Shown piece by piece: positions 25,670 to 34,789 of a stretch of DNA of 64,000 nucleotides (its first letter is position 1; every line of letters starts with the position of its first letter). The position numbers and the translations under genes were made by a program. The notes under the pieces are model-generated. The model ran no database searches and was not told the DNA's origin. It saw only the letters and a list, made by a program, of their open reading frames with translations. The stretch covers positions 12,846-76,845 of the forward strand of contig JAERST010000005.1 of assembly GCA_016845365.1 (NCBI GenBank), given 5' to 3'. This DNA comes from Methanobacteriota archaeon. Lineage in GTDB: Archaea; Thermoplasmatota; Poseidoniia; Poseidoniales; Thalassarchaeaceae.

Positions 25670-28096
25670 ATGCCAAACCGCAGAACAGCCCTTCTGGTCC
25701 TGGCGATGATGCTGACTTCCGGTTGCCTCGGTGCAATCGATGATATCGAGGATGAATTCGACAGAACCATCGACATACTCAGTGAAGATTACCCAAAATT
25801 GGATCTTCCAGAGAGAACCCGAACACAGCCGACGCTGCAATCTTACGATGAGTGCGACGCGCTGTTGTTCGACCTCAAGAACGCTCTTTACGACGAGATG
25901 CTGGTCCGCTTAGACCAGGAATCCTACTACCACTGGGTCGGCTGGGGCTGGGGCTGGGGATGGATGGAAGACGGCGTAGAATTTGCCGCAGATGGCGATA
26001 CAGCCGCCCCAAGCCAACAAGGACAGGGGCAGGGCCAGGGTCAAGCACAGGGTGAGAGCCGTGAGGGTGAGTATTCGGGCACCAATAACCAGGAGTCTGG
26101 GGTTGACGAGGCCGACTTCCTCAAGACCGATGGTTACCACATCTACATGCTCAATGGACAGAGTCTCGTAATCATGGATGTCCCAGAATTCGGTGAGGTC
26201 GGACTGGCCGCTGAAATGGAAATTGAGGGCAGTCCGCTGCAAATGATGATCGATGGCGACAGAATTGTCATCGCTTCGATGATTTACGCTTGGAATCTTC
26301 CAGAAGACCACCCGCTCCGCGAGTTGTTGGTCGAGGAAGTTCAGTGGGGTTCGGGTGATGATGTCTACACTTACTATCGATATTCGAACCTGGTCAAGTA
26401 CACGGTTGTTGATATCAGCGACAGGGCTGCTCCTGAGGTTGAGCGCGAGCTTTTCATCGAGGGTAATTACCACACTGCTCGACTGGTTGATGGCACCGTC
26501 CGCTCGGTCACTCACTCCTATGCAAACTTCGACGGTCTGCGCTACTGGGTATCGCTCCCAAGCGAGTACTGGCAGCTTGAGGATGAAGAGGATCGTGAGC
26601 GCGCTTGGGAATTCCACTTGAGGGAGACAATCGAGAATAACGAGGACGTCATCAATGGATTGACCTTGGATGATTTCATTCCTCACATGTATGAGATGAC
26701 GGACTCGGGCCTCTACTCACTGCCAACGACTTCAGAGGATTGCGGCGAGGTTGCCGCTAGCACTGATAGCGTCTCTCGCGGCTTTACTTCGATTATGACT
26801 CTGCAATTGCTAGGTGATGATGTTGAGATTGAGGTTGACCACATCGCTTCAACCTGGGCTCATGTTTACGCTTCACAGGATGTCTTGGTTTTGGCAGAAC
26901 CTGCGAATGATTGGTGGTGGTTCTGGCGAAACTCTGGATGGGATGATGCTACGAATATCCACGCTTTCGATATCTCTGACACGACCTCGACGACATATCT
27001 CGGCTCGGGTCGTGTCGATGGAACTGTTCAGGATCAATTCTCGATGTCCGAGTACGAGGGTTCGATTCGAGTTGCTACTACCTCGGACATGTGGGGTCGA
27101 TGGTGGTTGGCTGATGAGACCGACCCCGAGACCGGTGAGCCTGTGTTCACCGGTCCAACCAACGGTGTTACCGTTCTGCAATACGATGGTGTCGACACTC
27201 TAGAAGAGGTTGGCAAGGTCGATGGATTGGCTCCTGGTGAGCGGATTTGGAGCGCTCGCTTTGTTGGCGAGCGCGGCTATCTTGTGACCTTCCGCAATAT
27301 CGACCCGCTGTGGGTTATCGACCTCTCGGACCCGACCGACCCTGTTGTTCTGGGTGAGTTGGAAATCCCAGGTGTCTCGACTTACATCCATCCGGTGAAC
27401 GAGGACACCTTGCTGACGATTGGTATCGGTGGCGATATGGAGAGATTGGATTGGTCTGTGACGCAGATTTCTTTGTTTGACGTGAGCGATCCAACGAATC
27501 CGACTTTGGCTGCTGCAATGCCTTTGTCGCCAGCTTACACCGATGAGAACTGCGAAGATGTCCGTTCCTGCGGATGGTCGTGGTCGTGGTCTGAGGCTAC
27601 TTACGAGCACAAGGCATTCACTTATTGGGCGCCTGAGAATCTGCTTGCTGTGCCTTTGTCGACCTACCGATATGTGTACCATGAGGATGGTCGATATGGC
27701 GGATATGAGTATGTCTCGATGTTGAAATTGATCGATGTCGATGCTGAGAATCTGACCCTTTCCGAGCACGGTGACGTCGACCATTCGCCATTCTACAATA
27801 ATGAGGATGGCGAGACCAATTGGTGGTTCTCCTACTCGACAAATATCCGCCGCTCGATTTTCATGGGTGACTACGTCTATGCTTTCTCGGCCCTCGGTGT
27901 GACCGTTCACAGGACTGCTGACCTCGCGCCGATCGAGGAATTGGATATTCCTGGGCACGAACTTCCTTCGTGGTATTATGACGAAGAGATGATCGACGAT
28001 GAAGAGGATGCCAACGAGGAAGATGACCCAGTCGATGGTGAGGAAGGCTCTGAGGAATCCTCCGATGGTTCCGCAGAGACTGGCTCAGAGTCGTGA
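25670..28096 (+). CDS. secreted beta-propeller domain lipoprotein (archaeal/bacterial Beta_propel family)
   Basis: ATG 25670 gives MPNRRTALLVLAMMLTSGC (lipobox-like). The family-typical block is TNNQESGVDEADFLKTDGYHIYMLNG. Later blocks are ERIWSARFVGERGYLVTFRNIDPLWVIDLSDP and YEHKAFTYW. It also has GWGWGWGW and QGQGQGQGQAQGE tracts and an acidic C-terminus. Confidence 0.8.
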   Translation: MPNRRTALLVLAMMLTSGCLGAIDDIEDEFDRTIDILSEDYPKLDLPERTRTQPTLQSYDECDALLFDLKNALYDEMLVRLDQESYYHWVGWGWGWGWMEDGVEFAADGDTAAPSQQGQGQGQGQAQGESREGEYSGTNNQESGVDEADFLKTDGYHIYMLNGQSLVIMDVPEFGEVGLAAEMEIEGSPLQMMIDGDRIVIASMIYAWNLPEDHPLRELLVEEVQWGSGDDVYTYYRYSNLVKYTVVDISDRAAPEVERELFIEGNYHTARLVDGTVRSVTHSYANFDGLRYWVSLPSEYWQLEDEEDRERAWEFHLRETIENNEDVINGLTLDDFIPHMYEMTDSGLYSLPTTSEDCGEVAASTDSVSRGFTSIMTLQLLGDDVEIEVDHIASTWAHVYASQDVLVLAEPANDWWWFWRNSGWDDATNIHAFDISDTTSTTYLGSGRVDGTVQDQFSMSEYEGSIRVATTSDMWGRWWLADETDPETGEPVFTGPTNGVTVLQYDGVDTLEEVGKVDGLAPGERIWSARFVGERGYLVTFRNIDPLWVIDLSDPTDPVVLGELEIPGVSTYIHPVNEDTLLTIGIGGDMERLDWSVTQISLFDVSDPTNPTLAAAMPLSPAYTDENCEDVRSCGWSWSWSEATYEHKAFTYWAPENLLAVPLSTYRYVYHEDGRYGGYEYVSMLKLIDVDAENLTLSEHGDVDHSPFYNNEDGETNWWFSYSTNIRRSIFMGDYVYAFSALGVTVHRTADLAPIEELDIPGHELPSWYYDEEMIDDEEDANEEDDPVDGEEGSEESSDGSAETGSES

Positions 28097-28145
28097 TGCG
28101 GCGAACACGCTGCCGAATTCGCTCAGGCGAAGCGGAGTTAATCGC

Positions 28146-29519
28146 CTACGCGAATTTGAGTGGGCGACCAGCGCTTCCGGGTGCTGCTACTGCCGTTCCT
28201 CTTAGTGGGCCGCCGGCCTCTCGCTTGTGGACGACTTGTCCATCGACGATTGTGTACATCGGCCAGCCGGTGAGCTCGCGTCCGGCGAGAGGTGTCCAGC
28301 CGACGCGAGTCCAAGTGTCTGAATCTTGGATGACTCGACGAGTCTCCATATCGACGAGCACTAGGTCTGCATCGTAGCCTTCAGCGAGTCGTCCCTTATT
28401 CTGCATCCCGTAAACGCGCGCAGGTCCCTCACACATCCAGCGCGCGACATCGACAACCGAACACATCCCATCCGCCGCGTGCGTTAGCATGCAAGGCAGA
28501 GAGGTCTCAACCCCGGGCATGCCCGAGTGTGCGGTGGGGAATCCCAGAGCCTTGTTCTCGAGGGTGTGAGGGGCGTGGTCGGTAGCGATGCACTCGATGG
28601 TTCCGTCCTTCAATCGCTTCCACAGAGTCTCGCGGTCTGCTGCGTATCGAATCGGCGGATTCATCTTCAGACGCGTGCCGATTCGCTCGACATCAGTCTC
28701 GTCAAAAGTGAGGTGCTGCGGACAGGTTTCTGTGGTGATTAGGTCGCCCTTGTGCTTGGCGAGCCAATCGGCTTCGACGCCGCTGGTAAGGTGCAAAACG
28801 TGGAGTCGGTGGTCGTGGTCCTTTGCGAGGGCAGCCGCGCGTTGAGTTGCCATCAATGCAGTTGTTTCGTCACGCCATTCGGCATGGGCGGCGATGTCTG
28901 TGCGGTGTTCGAAATCGGGCCAGCGTTCGTTCAGTCGGTCTTCATCCTCCGCGTGAGTGGCGATGATGCCTCCCGTGTTGGCGAATATGTCCTCGAGGTG
29001 CTTTTGCTGGTGGACGAGTAGGTCTCCCGTGCTGCTTCCCATGAAGACCTTGATTCCGCAAATCCCCTCGGTTGGTGATGGGGCATCCGGCGTTCCAACC
29101 GCTTCTTGTAGGTCTGAGACATTGTCTGGGGTTGCGCCGATGAAGAAGCCGTGGTGGTTGACTCCATTGCGGCCTGCTGAATCGATTTTGGATTGCATCG
29201 ATCCGAGGGTTGTTGCGACTGGAACATTGTTTGGCATGTCCAGGAAAGCGGTTACGCCCCCCGCTGCTGCTGCTCTACTCCCACTACCAATGTCCTCCTT
29301 CTCCGGTTGACCGGGCTCGCGAAAGTGGACTTGCGGGTCGATGGCTCCTGGTAGGAGGTGGAGGCCGGTGGCGTCGATTATTTGTTCGCCTGATTCGGCT
29401 TCGAGGCCGCCACCGGGGGCGACCGAAGCAATACGTGAGTCGATGACTCTGAGGTCGCCCTCAACGATTCGATCTGAAAGAACCAGAGATGCGTTCTGAA
29501 TCAGTAATCGGCCACTCAT
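28146..29519 (-). CDS. pyrC: dihydroorotase (cyclic amidohydrolase)
   Basis: GAIDPQVHFREPG metal-binding HxH-type block, IATHAEDE, ATDHAPH. 457 aa. Confidence 0.85.
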   Translation of the reverse strand: MSGRLLIQNASLVLSDRIVEGDLRVIDSRIASVAPGGGLEAESGEQIIDATGLHLLPGAIDPQVHFREPGQPEKEDIGSGSRAAAAGGVTAFLDMPNNVPVATTLGSMQSKIDSAGRNGVNHHGFFIGATPDNVSDLQEAVGTPDAPSPTEGICGIKVFMGSSTGDLLVHQQKHLEDIFANTGGIIATHAEDEDRLNERWPDFEHRTDIAAHAEWRDETTALMATQRAAALAKDHDHRLHVLHLTSGVEADWLAKHKGDLITTETCPQHLTFDETDVERIGTRLKMNPPIRYAADRETLWKRLKDGTIECIATDHAPHTLENKALGFPTAHSGMPGVETSLPCMLTHAADGMCSVVDVARWMCEGPARVYGMQNKGRLAEGYDADLVLVDMETRRVIQDSDTWTRVGWTPLAGRELTGWPMYTIVDGQVVHKREAGGPLRGTAVAAPGSAGRPLKFA

Positions 29520-29586
29520 GTCCAGTCCCTTCCATTCCGGGTGGCCGTCATCTCAAGACTGTTCGCCTCGGAGAGTGCTGATTCTG

Positions 29587-29626
29587 CCCCCCGCTCGCTT
29601 CAAATAAGCGATGCCGCAGCGGGGGG
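29587..29626. promoter_or_regulatory. nested palindrome enclosing a TATA-like TTCAAATAAG, immediately upstream of initiator tRNA
   Basis: Outer arms are CCCCCCGCT (29587-29595) and AGCGGGGGG (29618-29626). Inner arms are CGCTT (29596-29600) and AAGCG (29606-29610). The AT-rich centre is about 25 nt upstream of tRNA position +1 (29629). Confidence 0.45.
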
Positions 29627-29628
29627 AC

Positions 29629-29706
29629 AGCGAGTTGGAGTAGCCAGGTTATCTCGTCGGGCTCATAACCCGGAGACCGGTGGTTCAAATCCACCACTCG
29701 CTACCA
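29629..29706 (+). tRNA. initiator tRNA-Met (CAU), CCA encoded
   Basis: Hand-folded cloverleaf. Acceptor AGCGAGT/ACTCGCT gives A1:U72. Anticodon arm is UCGGG-CUCAUAA-CCCGG, with three G-C pairs next to the loop. T arm is GGTGG-TTCAAAT-CCACC. Discriminator A is followed by CCA. Confidence 0.9.
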
Positions 29707-29752
29707 TTCCTTTACACGTAGCGCGCGCCTGATGCTACTAAAGTAAATGAAA

Positions 29753-29808
29753 ACTGAAAGTGAAATTTCGCTGTACTGCGTGGCATTATCTCACATTTTT
29801 CACTTTCA
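29753..29808. promoter_or_regulatory. inverted repeat TGAAAGTGAAA / TTTCACTTTCA upstream of radA (candidate operator)
   Basis: Arms at 29755-29765 and 29798-29808 with a 32-nt spacer. The left arm lies within the 12-mer ACTGAAAGTGAA (29753-29764), which also occurs upstream of hel308. Confidence 0.5.
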
Positions 29809-29882
29809 TTTTTGTTTAAGGGGTCCTTCTGTTCTTCATATACCGTCAAGGCCGGACCATCGCTGAACAACAGGTGAGAAGC

Positions 29883-30890
29883 ATGGCCAAGAAGACAGCA
29901 AGTGAGAAGATGGACGAAGACGACGGGTCGATAGTGATCGACGTGGATGAGGAGCAAGCGACGATTGAGGATCTGCCGGGCGTAGGTCCGGCGACCGCAG
30001 AGAAGTTGCGCGAGGCAGGATTCGAAGAATTACTCGCAATCGCCGTGATGAGCCCGAATGAATTGGCTGAGCAAGCCGAGCTTGGCGAGGCTGTATCGGC
30101 CAAGATTATCCAAGGCGCCAAGAAGATGGCAAATATCGGCGGCTTCGTATCTGGAAACAAATTACTTGAGCGCCGCCGCGAGGTGCAGAAGCTTACCTCT
30201 GGTTCAGGCGCGCTCGACGAACTCCTCGGTGGAGGATTCGAGACTCAAGCAATCGTCGAGGTCTACGGCGAGTTCGGCAGTGGTAAGACCCAGATTGGTC
30301 ACCAACTCGCCGTCAATACGATGCTATCGCTCGAACAGGGTGGATTCGATGGAGAGGTATTCTACATCGATACCGAGGATACCTTCCGGCCTGAGAGAAT
30401 CGCCCAGATGGCAGAAGGTGTCGGATTAGATCCGGCCGCTGTTCTAGACCGCATTCACGTAGCACGAGCATACAATTCTGCACACCAGATGTTGCTCGTC
30501 GACGAGATCAAGAAACTCTCGAAGAATATCGATGTGAAGCTAATCATCGTCGATTCTCTAACTAGCCACTTCCGCGCTGAATATGTTGGACGCGGAATGT
30601 TGGCGGCACGACAACAAAAACTCAACAGGCATCTGAAGGAGCTCAAGCAACTCTCAGATGTCCACAATGCTCTGGTGCTCGTGACCAACCAGGTTATGTC
30701 GAAGCCAGATGCAATGTGGGGCGATCCGACCAAGGCCATCGGTGGCCACATCGTCGGACACGCCAGTACTTTCCGTCTCTACCTCAGGAAGTCCAAGGGT
30801 GGGCGAAGAATCGCTCGACTCGTGGACAGCCCCAACCTACCTGAGGGAGAGGCAGTGTTCACCGTGACTGCCGAGGGTCTCAGGGATTGA
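29883..30890 (+). CDS. radA: DNA repair and recombination protein RadA
   Basis: N-terminal HhH ([20 protein letters not shown]), Walker [10 protein letters not shown], and full-length colinearity with the archaeal RadA/Rad51 core. ATG 29883 is preceded by AGGTGA 5 nt upstream. The ORF-track start 29874 is GTG. Confidence 0.95.
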   Translation: MAKKTASEKMDEDDGSIVIDVDEEQATIEDLPGVGPATAEKLREAGFEELLAIAVMSPNELAEQAELGEAVSAKIIQGAKKMANIGGFVSGNKLLERRREVQKLTSGSGALDELLGGGFETQAIVEVYGEFGSGKTQIGHQLAVNTMLSLEQGGFDGEVFYIDTEDTFRPERIAQMAEGVGLDPAAVLDRIHVARAYNSAHQMLLVDEIKKLSKNIDVKLIIVDSLTSHFRAEYVGRGMLAARQQKLNRHLKELKQLSDVHNALVLVTNQVMSKPDAMWGDPTKAIGGHIVGHASTFRLYLRKSKGGRRIARLVDSPNLPEGEAVFTVTAEGLRD

Positions 30891-32160
30891 TCTCTGCGAG
30901 GCCCTCGGGGTCCGAGTGCGTCGTCGCAAACCACTGCTTGAAGAGCAGGGTTGAGATTGCATAAGCGACTGCCATGATGACGAAGGGAGTTCGGTAATCT
31001 CCGGATGCCATCAGAGTGGCTCCGAGATAACCAGCGATGGCCATCAGGCCAGCGCTGAAGAAGCGCGAAATGCCAACGAATGTTGCGCGTTCACTGACTT
31101 CTAATTCGCTCATCGTGAAAGCTTCCATCACAGGATTGGACATATTGAACAAGGTATTGCGTAGCACCCATGCCAATCCAGCTACTGAGACAACCGTCGT
31201 CGGGGTGGCGAGTTCGGGTGCAAATCCGATCAGTAGAATGAATGGAATCGCAGCAAAGCGAGTCCACAGGATGGTCGCAATCTCACCGAGTCGGTCGACG
31301 ACGAAGGGCACGAGGAAGGCTCCGAGTGCCAAAGCCAGTGAGGAGGCCGCGTAAATCATCCCAATTTCGTGCTCGTGCGCCTGAATCGAACCATGTTCGT
31401 GGAAGAACACATTTCCTAGGCGCACGACGAATCCAGCCCCGAGTCCAATGAATGATGATACAATAACGAATTTCCTAATTGTGATTGGATTCTTGATTCC
31501 ACTGAATAATCCACGCCCAGATTCCTTCTCTTCGGCAGGCAAGTCGAGTTTGCGTAGAAGGACGGCAGGAATCAACGAGAGGAACCACCAGCCGATGGCG
31601 AATTGTACTGCCAATCGGTAGGCTTCGATTGCGCCGATATCGTAAGTATCGCCCAAGTAAGCCGGAAGTAGCCCTGCTACAATTGCACCCAACATCGCCG
31701 CAAGCGTCCGGAATCCAGATCCCACGGCGAAGAGGTGGATTCTCTCGCTGGGGGCAGAATTCTCAGCCATGAAGGGAACTTCTGTGACGTGGTGAAGCGA
31801 CCCGAAGCAGGCGGCGACAGCCGAGAAAGCCAAAATCGTCGTTGGGTCCTCGCTAGTAATCAGAATCAATGAGCAGATAGCCCCTCCACCATCTCCGATA
31901 ATGAATCCCCATTTTCTGTCTAGGCTGTCTGCTAATTTGCCGGCGGGAATCGATGAAAGGGCGCCGGCAACACCCATCACAGCGATTCGAAGCCCGACAA
32001 AAGCGATGCCGAGTTCAGGGAAAATCAGCAGTAGATAGAGATTGAAGAGAACTTCCCAAGCACCGTGAATCACATCCATTCCAAAGATGTGAAGCAGATA
32101 CATTCGGGCGTTCCAACTGAATTGTCGAATTCGCCCGAAGTAGCTCAGGTCATCTTCCAA
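30880..32160 (-). CDS. MFS transporter
   Basis: 12 predicted hydrophobic segments and the loop motif [12 protein letters not shown] (MFS D-R/K-x-G-R-K/R-like). The start is TTG at 32160. The 3' end overlaps the radA 3' end by 11 nt (convergent). Confidence 0.75.
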   Translation of the reverse strand: MEDDLSYFGRIRQFSWNARMYLLHIFGMDVIHGAWEVLFNLYLLLIFPELGIAFVGLRIAVMGVAGALSSIPAGKLADSLDRKWGFIIGDGGGAICSLILITSEDPTTILAFSAVAACFGSLHHVTEVPFMAENSAPSERIHLFAVGSGFRTLAAMLGAIVAGLLPAYLGDTYDIGAIEAYRLAVQFAIGWWFLSLIPAVLLRKLDLPAEEKESGRGLFSGIKNPITIRKFVIVSSFIGLGAGFVVRLGNVFFHEHGSIQAHEHEIGMIYAASSLALALGAFLVPFVVDRLGEIATILWTRFAAIPFILLIGFAPELATPTTVVSVAGLAWVLRNTLFNMSNPVMEAFTMSELEVSERATFVGISRFFSAGLMAIAGYLGATLMASGDYRTPFVIMAVAYAISTLLFKQWFATTHSDPEGLAEINP

Positions 32161-32169
32161 ATCGGCACC

Positions 32170-33852
32170 TCAGGCTGGAATCTCCGAGAGTGCGTCGTCA
32201 ATCTCACCGATGAGGCTGCCGACATGAGATTCGGAGAATGAAAGAGCAAGTCCGCTCGCCTCGAATAACTCGGTCAATCCTCTGGTATAACCGAGTTCAA
32301 GACCTGCCTTGTAGCGGCTCAGTGCATCTTTTTCGTCGCGGCGGTGGTATTGCCACATCTGCAGCGCTCCGAGTTGGGCGATTCCGTATTCGACATAGTA
32401 AAATGGGACTCCGAAAAGGTGGCCTTGGCGCTGCCATCCAACCTCCTTAATGTCCTCAAATCCGCTCATGTCAACATTCGGACCGAAACGCTCGCTCAAT
32501 TCCAACCACTTCTGGGCACGTTCCTCCCTCGTGTGCTCAGGGTTGGCGTAAATCCAGTGTTGGAAGGCGTCGATGGTTGCGATCCACGGCATCAGTGCGA
32601 TGATGTCTTCGAGGTGATTTCTTCGCGCTCGGTCGGCTTCTTCGGTGCTGTAGAACTCCTCCCAGAGCGGGTGGGTTAGGAGCTCCATCGACATCGATGC
32701 GACCTCGGCGAATTCGATTGGAGCATCGCGTTCGTGAATGAGGTCGAGGTGGCCCGAGTAGAATGAATGGAAGGCGTGGCCAGCCTCGTGAATCATCGTC
32801 TCAACATTGCGCTGAGTGCCTGCCGCATTCATGAAAATGAATGGCAGTCGGCTCTTCTGCAGGTAGTATTGGTATCCACCTGGAGCCTTTCCTTTGCGAC
32901 TGTCGAGGTCGAGGCAATCGTTCGCGTCGAGTTGGTCGAAGTAATTGCCGAGTTCGGCCGACATTTCGTGGAAGATTTTCGAGCAGCCGTCGACCATTTC
33001 TTGCACTTCGGTGAAGGGTTGTAGAGGCGGTCGTCCATGGATGTCCACACCCATGTCCCAAGGCCGCAGTGCATCGAGTTGCAGGGTTTGTCGGCGCTCT
33101 TCATCGGTCCTGCGACGCAGGGGTTGGCAGACGGCTTCGATGGATGCGTGGAATTCGAGGCAGTCCTCGATAGTGTAATCGAAGCGGTGCATCGCTGCGA
33201 ACATGTATTGTTGGTATCCTTCGAAGCCGGAATTCGTTGCGATTTGGTGGCGAATCCGGATGAGTTCGTCGTAAATCTCCGAGATTCGCTCATTGTCTTG
33301 GAATCGACGTTGGGCTACTGAGGTCCAAGCTTGCTCGCGGACTTCTCGGTCGGTGTTTTCGAGGTAGATTGCCATCTGAGCGAAGGTTTTCTGCTCTCCG
33401 TCAAATTCGACCATTTGTGCTCCGCAGATCTCGTTGTATTCCGTGACCAACTTGGTGGCTTCGGTCTGCAGCGGGATATTCTCTTCGCGGAAGATTTCGA
33501 TATCCGTGGTCAACCCTTTGACGAGGATATCGTACCTCTGGGGTAAATCACCGACGGCATCGTGCTCGACGATGCGTCGGTTTAGGATGTCGCTATACTC
33601 GGAGAGTTTTGGTTCGACATTTTCGACGAAGTCCATCCACGCCTTTTGGATGGCTTCGTCGTCTGTATGACAGGTCATGTCGATGTAGAGTCTGGCTCTC
33701 GCCTCAGAGATGATTTCGGAGAGGGCTGAGCGGTCCGAGATGAAGGTCTGTAAGCAACCGCCGCATGACAAAGTGCGGTCTCGTAGATCGTTCATGTACG
33801 GTTCTATTGCAGGCCAAGACGCGCCGTCTAAGTCATCGGGAACGAAGCTCAT
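32170..33852 (-). CDS. pepF: M3B oligoendopeptidase F
   Basis: HEAGHAFH zinc motif with a downstream Glu block (EFAEVASMSME). 560 aa, typical PepF length and layout. Confidence 0.85.
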   Translation of the reverse strand: MSFVPDDLDGASWPAIEPYMNDLRDRTLSCGGCLQTFISDRSALSEIISEARARLYIDMTCHTDDEAIQKAWMDFVENVEPKLSEYSDILNRRIVEHDAVGDLPQRYDILVKGLTTDIEIFREENIPLQTEATKLVTEYNEICGAQMVEFDGEQKTFAQMAIYLENTDREVREQAWTSVAQRRFQDNERISEIYDELIRIRHQIATNSGFEGYQQYMFAAMHRFDYTIEDCLEFHASIEAVCQPLRRRTDEERRQTLQLDALRPWDMGVDIHGRPPLQPFTEVQEMVDGCSKIFHEMSAELGNYFDQLDANDCLDLDSRKGKAPGGYQYYLQKSRLPFIFMNAAGTQRNVETMIHEAGHAFHSFYSGHLDLIHERDAPIEFAEVASMSMELLTHPLWEEFYSTEEADRARRNHLEDIIALMPWIATIDAFQHWIYANPEHTREERAQKWLELSERFGPNVDMSGFEDIKEVGWQRQGHLFGVPFYYVEYGIAQLGALQMWQYHRRDEKDALSRYKAGLELGYTRGLTELFEASGLALSFSESHVGSLIGEIDDALSEIPA

Positions 33853-33861
33853 TTGGCTCCC

Positions 33862-34110
33862 TCAATACTTGTTGACGGACTGCGGTCCGACTGGTAGAGG
33901 ACCTTCCTCTCGGCTGTATTTTTGGCGCTTCCACTTGCCAGCAGCCTCACGGTTTGCCGCACGAATCTCGTCCAATGATTCGTGCTTTGGGTTCTCGCGA
34001 GCGATCCAGCAAGCGGTACAGTAACGCTTGCCCTCGTGGTCAACGAAATTTCCCGCTGTACACCCTTCCTTGCATTCTGCACAATTTCTGAAACCGTGGA
34101 ATCTCGACAT
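33862..34110 (-). CDS. small zinc-ribbon protein
   Basis: CAEC...(18 aa)...CTAC four-Cys pattern followed by a basic tail. ATG 34110 (MSRFHG...). The ORF-track start 34122 is GTG. Confidence 0.45.
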   Translation of the reverse strand: MSRFHGFRNCAECKEGCTAGNFVDHEGKRYCTACWIARENPKHESLDEIRAANREAAGKWKRQKYSREEGPLPVGPQSVNKY

Positions 34111-34162
34111 ATTATCGCCCACGCGCTGGGGCCTTCCGCCTATCAGTTTGACCCCAAAGGGG

Positions 34163-34753
34163 TCAATTCTGCAAATCTGACATTGAAGCGTGGGCTAGGA
34201 ATCGAGTCTCCAATTCGGGAATGCTCAGATTCTCCGAATTGGAGGTAGCCCCAACTCTTCGTAGACCATTTTCTGTTGGGATTGGTCTTTGTGGAATTAA
34301 GTCGGATTTTAGATGGAGCATCAAACGCTCAGCCTCGATGGTTGCCTCGTTGTAGGTCTCTCGGGGAATTTCGACCCCTTCTTCGGCGCTGGCTTGGTAG
34401 GGGTCGTTACCCCCGAATTCTGGCAGGTAGACAATCCAGGCTGAATTATCACCGCTTCTCAGGCCGGCTCGCTCGAAAGCGGTCTTGATTTGGTGGGTGC
34501 CCGAAATGAGTCGAAGAAATTCCGTTTCTACGCTATTGCCGACCATATCTCCACGCAATTCTCTGCGCCTGAGAGCGTGCCAGGTGGTCCACAAATGGAC
34601 TTCACTGGCTGCAGCGTCGAATGCTAATAGCAGCCAGCGCTCACTCGGTCTCCACTCGTTGAAAACTCCCACGACCGACCTTGGGTCATCGAGAGGCACT
34701 GGGAACTTGATGCCCCACGCCGGGAACCATGGAACCCTGTGGCCATCCGCCAT
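34163..34753 (-). CDS. Cgi121-like protein (putative KEOPS subunit)
   Basis: LLLAFDAAASEVHLWTTWHALRR...ETEFLRLISGTHQIKTAFERAGL...AWIVYL parallels the Cgi121 pattern (..HL..A...A......E.L...SG.RQI..AI...G.....v.v.). Assigned by eye only. Confidence 0.5.
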   Translation of the reverse strand: MADGHRVPWFPAWGIKFPVPLDDPRSVVGVFNEWRPSERWLLLAFDAAASEVHLWTTWHALRRRELRGDMVGNSVETEFLRLISGTHQIKTAFERAGLRSGDNSAWIVYLPEFGGNDPYQASAEEGVEIPRETYNEATIEAERLMLHLKSDLIPQRPIPTENGLRRVGATSNSENLSIPELETRFLAHASMSDLQN

Positions 34754-34789
34754 GTTCTGCGATGACCTCTGACTGATGAATGATACAGG

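Noticed and set aside
29541-29732. 63-aa ORF on the plus strand between pyrC and radA.
   Set aside because: It runs straight through the initiator tRNA-Met gene and its palindromic promoter, so it is not a credible CDS.
29753-29808. Resemblance of GAAAGTGAAA to the eukaryotic IRF/ISRE consensus.
   Set aside because: This is a coincidental resemblance, since no IRF-type factors exist in archaea. The motif is kept only as a candidate archaeal operator.
30880-30890. 11-nt overlap of the convergent 3' ends of radA and the MFS gene.
   Set aside because: Short convergent overlaps are common in compact genomes. No structure or repeat is associated with it.
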